Of a DNA stretch of 64,000 nt, positions 51,165-61,204 are shown one piece after another. The translations under genes were made by a program, and so were the position numbers. Each line of letters opens with the position of its first letter. Position 1 is the first letter of the stretch. The notes under the pieces are model-generated. The model ran no database searches, was not told the DNA's origin, and saw only the letters and a program-made list of their open reading frames with translations. Origin of the DNA: Hemiscyllium ocellatum (taxonomy: Eukaryota); NCBI RefSeq assembly GCF_020745735.1, contig NC_083417.1, positions 75,950,001-76,014,000 of the forward strand, in the 5' to 3' direction.

Positions 51165-51710
51165 TCATAGAACATAGAATAGTACAGCACAAGCTCACGA
51201 TATTGCGCTGAACATGATACCAAATTAAACTAATCCCTACTCCCTGCTTGTAGTCCATAACCCTCCGTTCCTTGCTTCTCCATGTGCCTATCTCAAACCT
51301 CCTTAAACAACACTATCATGTCAGACTTCACCACTTTCTTGTGCAGTGCATTCTCGGCACCTCTCTCTGTCTGTGTAAAACACATGCCCCTCACGTCTTT
51401 CCCCCTTTTACCTTAAATATATGCCATTTAGTGTTAGACATTTCAACTCTGGGGAAGAAATATCTGACTGTGAACTCTATCTATGTTTCTCGTAATGATG
51501 TGAACTTCTATCAGGTTTCCCCTCAGCCTCTGCCACTCCAGATAACACAACCCTTGTTTGTCCAGCCTCTCCTTCTAGCTCATACCCTCCAATCCAGGCA
51601 GCATCCTGGGAAACCTTTCCATTCTTCCTGCAATGTGATGACCTGAATTGAGTGCAATTCTCTAAGTGCAGCCTAACGAGAGTTATTTGAAGCTGCAACA
51701 TCACTTCCTG
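51165..51710 (-). mobile_element. CR1 3' fragment
   Basis: MLQLQITLVRLHLENC..; (CATAGAA)n tail. Confidence 0.85.
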
Positions 51711-52439
51711 ATTTTATACTCAGTGCCCCAACCAACAAAGGCAAAAATCTACTTGTGGGTATACCTTTGGGATGAGTATTTTAGACATGAGTCAAAGATC
51801 AGCAGATGAGTCCTCTCCACGGTCAATATTTATCCAGCAATCCAAGTCACGAATATAAATAATCAATTTGAGGAATTGACTGTCTGTAGACTGGCTGTGA
51901 TGTTTCATGCATCTATTCATGCAACGTTATTTCATGGGCTGTGAGAATTGCACATCTTGAGATTGCAAAATACCCTATATAAAGTCAAGATCTTTCTTTA
52001 TTTCTGTTTGCCTATGCCTGAATCTAATGTCATTTCATTGACCAAGAGACAGATAATGATTGAATGCTGTCATCAAAATAATTGAAATAAACCTTCATAT
52101 GGACTTTGTTACACAATTGGACTTGAACTACAATAATTTCATTGGTAATGTGTAAATTATAATCAAGCAATCAGACAAAATGTCATCTCAGTTTACAGAG
52201 TCAGCTTCAGATGCATAGCCTGACTAAGATCATGGGTCTAAATAAGGTCTGGTGTTGGCAGCTTGCTAGGATGACAATGGACTGTTTTAAAAGGGTGTGG
52301 TCACCTAAAACAGGAAGGGACCAAACATAAGGAAGAAATATAGGTACTGATGTGGCACTACAGAAACTGTCTTTTAATTAAATGTTTAATTCAACCTTTT
52401 CCAAGATTGTCTCAGAGAAAGAGGAAGTCCTTGCAGCTC

Positions 52440-52790
52440 GGAATATGGCTCAGTGATTAGCTTGCTGCCTCACAGAGACCTGGATTGATTCCATCCTTGG
52501 GCGATTGTCTGTGTGGAGTTTGCATGCTCTCCCTGCGTGTGCGTGGTTTTCTTCCAGGTGTTCCAGTTTCTTCCCACAGTCTATGATGTGCAGGCTAGTT
52601 GCGCTGGCCATGCTCAATTATCCATAATCTCCAGAGATGTGCAGGCTAGGTGGATTCGCTATGGGAAATGCAGTGTTACAGGGATAGAGTAGAGGGGTGA
52701 GCCGAGGTGTGATGTTCTTTGAAAGGTTATTGTGAATCAATGGGCTGAGTAGCCTGCTTCCTCCATGTAAGCAGTCAATGGTTCTTTGAA
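52440..52790 (+). mobile_element. Older HE1-related SINE
   Basis: TGCTGCCTCACAG..GTGTGGAGTTTGCATGCTCTCCC core. Confidence 0.8.
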
Positions 52791-52829
52791 TAGATGTGGA
52801 CAACTGAAACTAAGATAATGTCTTATTCA

Positions 52830-53330
52830 TGGAGGGAAACGAAGCTCGTATATCCAAGGTGATACTGAGCAAAATAACGTCTGGCAAGGCAAGTAGATCA
52901 TTGACTGCTGGAGGGCAGACTTTTATTTGGACTCTGTAGTGAGCCAAAAAGGAGGAGTGAGGAGACACTGAGCACACATTTGGTAGTTACTATTGTTGGT
53001 AGTGCCCATCCCATGTTGAATGGGAGAGGCTCTTCTTGAAGCGATGACTTATGAATTTTTAAAATATCCCAATTCCAGGGAAAGGGTCTATGCCAGTACA
53101 AAATAATGATCTGTGAAAGTCCAGGGATTGGGAAACTGGCCTTTGATGGGAAATATTCAGCACGGGAGTGCACTCTTTGTATCGGGATATCTGAATGTGG
53201 GACTCTGTTAGCCCAATGCTTTCAGTGTCCACATGAAGGCCTACTGCTTTAGCAGTCCGTCTCCAGACAGAAAGGCAAGGGAAGGTGGATGGATCGTAAT
53301 CATTGAGAAAGGAACTGGAATAAAATTTGT
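52830..53330 (-). mobile_element. Possible Tx1-clade LINE remnant
   Basis: TLSLELGYFKNS*VIASRRASP weakly resembles Tx1 SPELSNKHQDLAW..RRALP. Confidence 0.3.
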
Positions 53331-53696
53331 GAAGCTTTTCAGATACAATATGCATTTTATTTACTAATATTCGAATTGGGTTGATGGTACTGTGAGATTA
53401 TAATGAACCTATTTTTATTTATTTTCAGCTTCGTGCCATCATCCAGCTGTGCCTCTGCCTCAACATAGCTGTTTCTGTCATCCTCATCAAGCCTTTTCAT
53501 GACCTGATATAAACTTGATCTTATCCAAAATTCTCTTCCCCAAATCTTTCACTTGGTCCCATTTACCAATCACTCACTGTACTCACTGAATTAAACCAGC
53601 TGCACATTTGGTGACACTGTAATATAAAATTTTCATTTTAGTTTAAAAATCCCTGCTTGCGACTAATCGACGCGATCACCCTAATCTCTGCCAGCT

Positions 53697-54232
53697 GTAT
53701 GAACCTCTGAGAGCAGTGGGCTTCTGCAGGATGGATCTGTGTGAACCTCTGAGAGCAGTGGGCTCCTCCAGCATGGATCTGTATGAATCTCAAAGAGCAG
53801 TGGTCTCCTGCAGGATGGATTAGATTAGATTAGATTACTTACAGTGTGGAAACAGGCCCTTCGGCCCAACAAGTCCACACCGACCCGCCGAAGCGCAACC
53901 CACCCATACCCCAACATTTACCCCTTACTGTGGGAGGAAACCTGAGCACCCGGAGGAAACCCACGTAGACACGGGGAGAACGTGCAAACTCCACACAGTC
54001 AGTCGCCTGAGTCGGGAATTGAACCCGGGTCTCAGGCGCTGTGAGGCATCATTGCTAGCCACTGTGCCACCTTGAGTTCTGAGAGCAGTGGGCTCCTGCA
54101 GGATGGATCTGTATGAACCTCTGAGAGCAGTGGGCTCCTGCAGGATGGATCTGTATGAACCTCTGAGAGCAGTTGGCTTCTGGAGGATGGATCTGTGTGA
54201 ACCTCTGAGAGCAGTGGGATCCAGCAGGATGG
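53697..54232. repeat. 42-bp minisatellite (3 + 4 units, split by a SINE)
   Basis: Unit GTATGAACCTCTGAGAGCAGTGGGCTCCTGCAGGATGGATCT. Confidence 0.92.
53818..54071 (-). mobile_element. HE1-type SINE with an internal ~55-nt deletion
   Basis: Young-subfamily head and (TTAGA)n tail; lacks the ..GGGCAATTTAGCATGGCCAATTCACC.. block. Confidence 0.9.
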
Positions 54233-54534
54233 GTTTGTTTGCTGTTTTCTCTTTTGCCCAGAGCTGACAAGATCATGAAGTCTCCAATTGTTACGCTCAA
54301 TCTCTCCACCTTCAGATGATCATTGAAGAGCCTCCTTGAAATCCAAATGTGTCACCAGACTTGTGGTTACCTGACCTAATACATTGGTTAGTGTCAAAAT
54401 TTGTACAATTGTCCTTGGTGTGGATGGTGCTACACTTGTTAGATGTTGACAGTTATTTGGGAAAAATTCAGCTGATACTGGAAACTACTAGGGTCAGCTC
54501 TTTTTTTTTCTTAAATTCATGTTAAAAAATCAAC

Positions 54535-54825
54535 GAAAGCCGACCGTGTGAAAGCAGGCAATTTGGCACACTGAATCCATATCGACCCTCCAGACTACAT
54601 CTCCACCAGGCCAACACCGCCCCCCCCACCCACCCCCACCCTATCCCTGTAATCCTGTGGCAAATACACCTCACCCGCACACCCCTGGACACTATGAGCA
54701 ATTTAACATCCACCAAAGATCCACTGTTTGAATGTGGGAGGAAACAGGAGCACCCATAAGACAATTCACACAGACACAGGGAACCCGGGTCCTTGGCACT
54801 GTGATGTAGCACTGCTAACCGCTGA
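54535..54825 (-). mobile_element. Older HE1-related SINE
   Basis: TGTGGGAGGAAACAGGAGCACCC..GCACTGCTAACC. Confidence 0.75.
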
Positions 54826-56134
54826 GTGTTAAAAGCTTCATCAAGAACCCTTTCTAACATTTACTTTCGGATACGTTCCCCAGGAAGTTGATCTTGTAGT
54901 TTCTCCTTTGTCTTGAACTGGTCTAACTGAATAGCTTACTGAACCACATCAGTGAGCAATTCGGAGTGACAATATTGATATGGGGATTGACATCACTATC
55001 AGCACAGACTAGGTAAACGTGACAGGTGTTCTCCACGATGGACATTCATTAACCAGGCAGATTTTTACATCAGTTTCATCTACGCTTTCCTACCAATAGT
55101 TTTCCTAATTTACCAATTTCTTTTTAAAACCTGGGGCATAGATTTGATTTGATTTATTATTGACACATGTGCCACAGTACAATGAAAAGTATTGCCTTAC
55201 ATCGTTTAGAGGCAGATCATACCAACAGGATTGACCTGTTTTGCAATAGAAGCAACTGCAAGGTGAGAAAAAGACTTTTTCACACCCTCTCTGGACTGCA
55301 CTACCTGGAAAAAATGTGGAGTCTGGTTCAGTTGAGTGTTCTGGACCAGACAAAACATTCTTAAAATATATCAAGAGGATAGCCTTGACCCCAACTTCTC
55401 TTATTTTTAAAAGCAAGTTTTGTGTTTCCAATGCAATTTGATTGGTCATAATACCAGGCCTGAAGCAAAACGTGCATTATTCTTAAACTAGAGTGTAACT
55501 ACAAACAAAGGAAGTAGAATTGGATTAATTTATATCTTTTAGAAAATTTAACAGAATCATGGATTATTTAATTACCAAACAGCAACTGTTCCAATATAAT
55601 AATATTCCATAAATATATCCTTGGCAATGGCAAATTTAGTAAAATAGATTGCCTCACATGCAATTCTAGAAGCGGGAAGAGAACACAAGCTTTTAGCTAT
55701 AACACCGACAGGAATAATAGCTTCCATTTACAGCTTCAAGATCCAAGCAATTACTGAAAGTTATCTTAAAATCCTGGATCTGTGGAGGCTTGACCCCACT
55801 CTTTCATGCTGCATCTATTGTTCCAACTTAAGAAAAAAACAAGGCCTCACAAGCTCTCTACTCTATTGGCTTGGAACATACCACGTGGCATGACCATCTC
55901 AAACTCTCTTCAGAGAAAACGGACAAAACACACCTCTTAAAGCCATAGCGTTGTCACATGAGGCACTGAAAAGGACATTGAATGATGACTGAAATACAGA
56001 CAATGCGTGAAGTCATTGATAAAACGCAGGAGATAGACACAACTTTAAAATAATGGTGCAGACACAATTGTCCAAATTGCCTTCCGCTGTGATTCTTTGA
56101 AAGATCAAGTTTTCAAATTGTCAGTGTGGTGAAG

Positions 56135-56180
56135 ATGAATTTGCTCAGTCTCTCTGGATTATTAATTCAGAGTTTGAATG
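56135..56180 (+). pseudogene. Candidate Ig/TCR-type leader exon
   Basis: 46-nt ATG..G (MNLLSLSGLLIQSLN+G), the classic L1 exon size and phase; donor reads GA, not GT. Confidence 0.3.
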
Positions 56181-56249
56181 GATTGGTTTCATTACTCAGG
56201 GCCAGAACATAGTGAAGTAGCAATCATTGGAGTTTTGGGTACAAAGAGA

Positions 56250-56550
56250 TATCATAAAATCCCTACAATGCAGAAAGGGACATTTCACCCATCAAATCTG
56301 CACCAATACTCTGAAGAGCATACCATCCGGACCTAACCACCAATCCGTGTAACCCCACATTTACCATGGCTAATCCATCCAGCTTGCATAGCTTTGGATT
56401 GTAGGAGAAATCCAGAGTATTTGGCAAAACACCCACGCAGACGCGGGGAGAACGTGCAAATCCCACCCAGACAACCACCGTAGGCTGGAATTGAGCCTGT
56501 GTTTCTGGCACTGGGAGGGAGCAGTGCTATCCATTGTGCCACCATGTCTC
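56250..56550 (-). mobile_element. Older HE1-related SINE in the putative leader-V intron
   Basis: CCACGCAGACGCGGGGAGAACGTGCAAA core. Confidence 0.8.
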
Positions 56551-56659
56551 CCAGCTGGGTACAAAAACAGTGGGGAAAATGTAATTGATGGAGGTGATCT
56601 GCCATGTTCATATAAAAAATGGCTGAGTTATCCTTCTGTTCCTGATGTCAAATATTCAG

Positions 56660-57040
56660 ATGGTCACCTCAAATTCGAATCGGGCTCTCACTCAACCTTC
56701 ACCTGTCTCCAGAGTTCAGCCTGGGGTCATTGAGGAGAATGATCAGGCTAGTGACTGGGATCAAACCAAGAACTTCAGTCTCACATTAGGATATTTCTGA
56801 GCTTTATGACAATAACAGCTAATAGAGGAACGGAAGGGTGAGGAGATCGATCTGGCCATGTCACCACATACACATTGTCGCTGTTGTTGTGACCACAAAT
56901 TTGTTCCAATTGCAAGTAAATTAGTCATCAGACCCAGAAAGACTACTGCATGTCTGCTGTGAGAAATGAAGATTGCATTGAAACTGCAGTGTGTGGTTCA
57001 GAGTTTGGAACAAAGTAGGACAGGAACAGGCTTTACTTCA
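56660..57040 (+). pseudogene. Candidate heavily decayed V-set (IgL/TCR-like) exon
   Basis: After the acceptor: VTSNSNRALTQPSPVSRVQPG.. L*Q*QLIEE (W-x-K-Q-like) ..FVPIASKL.. SAVRNED ..NCSVW; several stops and indels; first Cys not visible. Confidence 0.4.
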
Positions 57041-57344
57041 CATTGAACCAAGACTCTTCAATAGATCTGTGGATGATGAGGTTGATGCTCCTTTGCACCC
57101 TGTTTTTTTTTCCCCCAAAGCTGCAAGTGTTTGACTGGGACAGTGTAGAGCTCGCTACAATTTCAATTTGCAAGAGGGGAGGGAAATCTTTAATTCCATT
57201 ATAGAAGAGTTGAGAAAGTTTTACACTGTATTTAACCCCATGGCTTGGAACTGTTTGTAACAAATAGTGGAGAAAGAACTTGACTTTCCATTTAAAAGAG
57301 TGCAACTCACTTTACTCTGCTGCAGTCAGAATTCGGAGCTGTTG

Positions 57345-58380
57345 GTAATAGAACATTCCAGCACAGAGACAGGCCCTTCAGCCCACCATGTCTGTGCTGA
57401 CCATGATGTGTTTCTACACTAACCTCAAATACCTGCATCTCATCTCTATTCCTCTATTCCCTGCTTCTTCAGGTGACTGTGTAAATGTCTCCCAAAAAGA
57501 GTCATAGAGTCAGAGAGATGTGCAGCACGGAAACAGACCCTTCGGTCTAACTCGTCCATGCTGACCAAATATCCCAACCCAATCTAGTCCCACCTTCCAG
57601 AACCCAGCACATATCCTTCCAAACTCTTCCTATTCATATACCCATCCAGGTGCCTTTTAAATGTTGCAATTGTACCAGCCTCCACCACTTCCTTTGGCAG
57701 CTCAATCCATACTTGTATCATTCTCTGCATTGAAAATATTGACCCTTAGGTTTCTTTTATAACTTTCCCCTCTCACCCTAAATCCCTTCGCTCTAGTTCT
57801 GAACTCCCCTACCACAGGGAATAGATTTTTTCTATTTATCCTTCCCGTGTCTCTCATAATTTTATAAACCTTGATAAAGTCACATCTCAGTCTCCAATGC
57901 TCCAATGAAAACAGCCATAGCTTATTCAACCTCTCCCGATAGCTCAAATCCTCCAAACCCCTGGCAACATCCTTGTAAATCTTTTCTGAACCCTTTCAAG
58001 TTTCAAAACATCCTTCCAATGGGAAGGAGACCAGAATTGCATGCAATATTCCAAAAGTGGCCTAACCAATGTCCTGTACAGGCACAACACTAAATGTTGC
58101 TATTGTATCTATCTCTACAATGCCTGCTGGCAATGTGTTCCAAGCCCCTCCCATTCTCTGTCGAAAAAATGTTTCCCTGCACATCAGGTTAAAACTTTCC
58201 ATCTTTCACCCTAAATCCATGTCCCCAGTACTTGACAACTCCATCTTTGGAAAAAGACTCTGACAATCCCCTCCATCCATGTCTCTCATAGTTCTGTGTA
58301 CTTCCATCAGGTCACCCTCCTCAGCAACTGATGTTTTAAAGAAAACAATTCAAGTTCAGACAATCTCTCCAATTCAGAAA
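57345..58380 (-). mobile_element. Stack of three CR1 3' fragments
   Basis: ORF 57702-57956 MEDLSYRERLNKLWLFSLEHWRLRCDFIKVYKIM; tails at ~57350 and ~57500. Confidence 0.85.
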
Positions 58381-58544
58381 ACTTACAGGGGCCCGGAATC
58401 TCTACTGCTGTTGCTGATTGGACCTGGATTCTCTACTGCTGTTGCTGACTGGGGCCTGGATTTTCTAATGCTCTTCTGACTGAGTCCTGGATTCTCTACT
58501 GCTGTTGCTGACTGGGGCCTGGATTCTCTACTGCTGTTGTTAAG

Positions 58545-58750
58545 AGTGTATTGCTGGAAAAGAGCAGCAGGGCAGGCAGCATCCAAGGAGCAAGAGAATC
58601 ACGTTTCAGGCTGGCGTCCTTCATCAGGAATGAGGGATATCTGCCAGGAGCTGGCAGATGGGACTCGATTGGGTTTCGATATCTGGTCGGTATGGGCATG
58701 TTGGACTGAAGGGCATGTTTCCATGCTGCACATCACTATGATTCTATAAT
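58545..58750. mobile_element. Penelope-terminus arm fused to a CR1 3' tail, inside the satellite
   Basis: TTGCTGGAAAAG..GAGAATCACGTTTCAGG..CTTCATCAGGAATGAGG, then a CR1 tail to ~58748. Confidence 0.8.
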
Positions 58751-59395
58751 TGTTGCTGACTGGAGTCTGGATTCTCTACTGCTGCAGCTGTGTAAGGCCT
58801 GTATTCTCTGCTGCTTCTGCTGACTGGGGCCTGAATTCTCTACTCCTACTGCTGACTGGGGCCTGGATTCACTACTGCTGCTGCTGACTGGGGCCTGGAT
58901 TCTCCACTGCTGCTGCTGACTGGGACCTGGATTCTCCACTGCTGCTGCTGACTGAGGCCTGGATTCTCCATTGCTGTTGCTGGCTGGGGCCTGGATTCTC
59001 TGCTGCTGCAGTTGATTGGGTCCTGGATTCTCTAATGTTCCAGCTGACTGTGGCCTGGTTACTCTTCTGCTGCTACTGTCTGGGCCGTGGACTCTCTACT
59101 GTTGTTGTTGCTGACTGGGGTCTGTATTTTCTACTACTCCTGCTGACTTGAGCATATACTCTCCACTGCTACTGCTGACTGGGGCCTGGATTCTTCACTG
59201 CTGCTGCTGACTGAGCCCTGGATTCTGTACTACTACTCTGACTGGGGTCTGGGTTCTCTACTGCTGCTGACTTGGGCCTGGATTCTCTACTGCTTAGTGC
59301 TGACTTGGGATTAGGTTCTAACCCGTACTCCTGCTGACTTGGACTATACTCTCCACTGCTGCTGCTAACTGGGCCGTTGATTCTCCACTGCTGAT

Positions 59396-59590
59396 GTGTT
59401 ACTGGAAAAGCGCAGCAGGTCGGGCAGCATCGGTGGAGCAGGAAAATCTCGTTTCGGGATGGAGTCCTTAATCAGGAATGAGGCCCGAAATGTCAATTCT
59501 GCTGTTTTTCGGATGCTGCCCGACCTGCGGCGTTTTTCCAGCAACACACTATCGACTTTGATATCCAACATCTGCAGATCTCACTTTCTC
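59396..59590. mobile_element. Palindromic Penelope-terminus mini-element inside the satellite
   Basis: ~63-bp inverted arms (59396-59458 and 59484-59547), then TCC(A)ACATCTGCAG..CACTTTCTC. Confidence 0.85.
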
Positions 59591-60046
59591 ATCTGCTGCT
59601 GCTGCCTGGTGCCTGGATTCTCTGCTGCTGCAGCTGACTAGCGCCTGGATTCTGTACGGCAGCACCTGACTGGAGCCTGGATTCTCTACTGCTGCTGCCG
59701 ACTTCGGCCTAGATTCTTCACTGCTGCTGCTGACTGGTGCCTTGATTGTCCCCTGCTGCTGCTGACCGAGCACTGGATTCTCCTTTATATTCTGTCTGGG
59801 CTCTGGGTTCTCTACTGCTGCTGTGTGGGGCCTGGATTCTCTACTGCTGCTGCAGACTGACCTCTGAATTCTCTAGTACTACACTGACTGCGCTCTGGGT
59901 TCTCTACTGCTGCTGTGTGGGGTCTGGATTCTCTACTGCAACGGCTGACTGGTGCCTTGATTCTCTCCTGCTGCTGCTGAATTGGGCCTGGATTCTCTTA
60001 TGCTGCTGCTGACTGTGTACTGCATTCTCCACTGCTGCTGCCTCAA

Positions 60047-60243
60047 GTGTGTTGCTGGAAACGAGCAGCAGGTTCTGCAGCATCCTAAGAGCTGGAGAAT
60101 CACGTTTCAGGCTGGGGCCCTGCAGCAAGAATGAGGCCCGAAACGTCGATTCTCCTGCTCCTCGGATGCTGTCCGAACTGCTGCGTTTTTCCAGCAACAC
60201 CCTCTCGATTCTGATCTCCAGCATCTACAGATATCACTTTCTC
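60047..60243. mobile_element. Second palindromic Penelope-terminus mini-element inside the satellite
   Basis: Same architecture and the same right junction CACTTTCTC|ATCTGCTG. Confidence 0.85.
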
Positions 60244-61204
60244 ATCTGCTGCTGCTGACTGTCCTGGATTCTCATCGGCTTAAGCTGTATAGGGCCTGTA
60301 TTCTCTACTGCTTTTGCTGTGTGTGACCTGTATTCTCTACTGCTGCTCCTTACTTGGGCCTGTATTCTCTTCTGTTGCTGCTGTTTGGGACCTGGATTCT
60401 GCACTGCTATTGCTGATTGGGACCTGGATTCTCTTCTGCTGTTGCTGACTGTGGCCTGTATTCCCCACTGCTACTGCTTAATGAGGCCTGGATTTCTTAT
60501 TGCTACTGCTGACTGCTTCCTGGATTCTCTAATACTGCTCTGACTGGTAACTAGATTCTCTACTACTGCAGCTGACTGGGACCTCGATTCTCTACTGCTG
60601 CTGCTGAATTGCTCCTGGATTCTCTAATACTGCTGCTGACTGGGGTTTGGATTCTCTACTGCTGCTACTGACTGGGGCCTGGATTCTCTACGGCTACTGC
60701 TGACTCTGGCCTGGATTCTCTACTTCTGGTGCTGACTGTGACCTGCATTCTCTACTGCTGTTGCTGACTGTAGTCTGGCTTTTCTACTGCTGCTGCTTAC
60801 AGGGAACTGGATTTTCGACTGCTGCTGCTGACTGGGACCTGGATTCTCTAGTGCTGCTGCTGACTGGGGCCTGGATTCTCTACTGCTGTTGCTGACTGGG
60901 ACCTGGATTCTCTACTATTCCTGCTCTCTGGGCGCTGGACTCTCGACTGCTGTTATTGCTGACAGTGGCCTGGACTCTCTACCACTACTGCTGACTTTGG
61001 CCTAGATTCTCCACTGCTGCTGCTGACTTGGGCAATGATACTCTACCGCTGCTGCTGGCTGGTACCTGGATTTTCTACTGCTGCAGCTGACTGGGGCCTT
61101 GATTCTCTACTGCTGCTGCTGACAGGGACATGGATTCTCTACTGCAGCTGCTGACTGGTACCTGGATACTCTAGATAGACCAGCTAGTGGGAAGGATTTT
61201 CCTG

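Larger units (their letters stand above)
53425..54455 (+). mobile_element. L2 LINE 3' remnant hosting a minisatellite and a SINE
   Basis: L2-like sequence at 53425-53695 and L2-like tail (CTCCTTGAAA..GTGTCAAAATTTG) at 54250-54455. Confidence 0.55.
58385..61175. repeat. 32-bp CTG-rich satellite (roughly 60-70 diverged units) with embedded inserts
   Basis: Consensus ACTGGGGCCTGGATTCTCTACTGCTGCTGCTG with variable (CTG)n. Confidence 0.95.

Noticed and set aside
58385-61175. CRISPR-like array or polyQ/polyA/polyL coding repeat
   Set aside because: Units are contiguous with no unique spacers, the context is eukaryotic with no cas genes, and the 32-bp period breaks any reading frame
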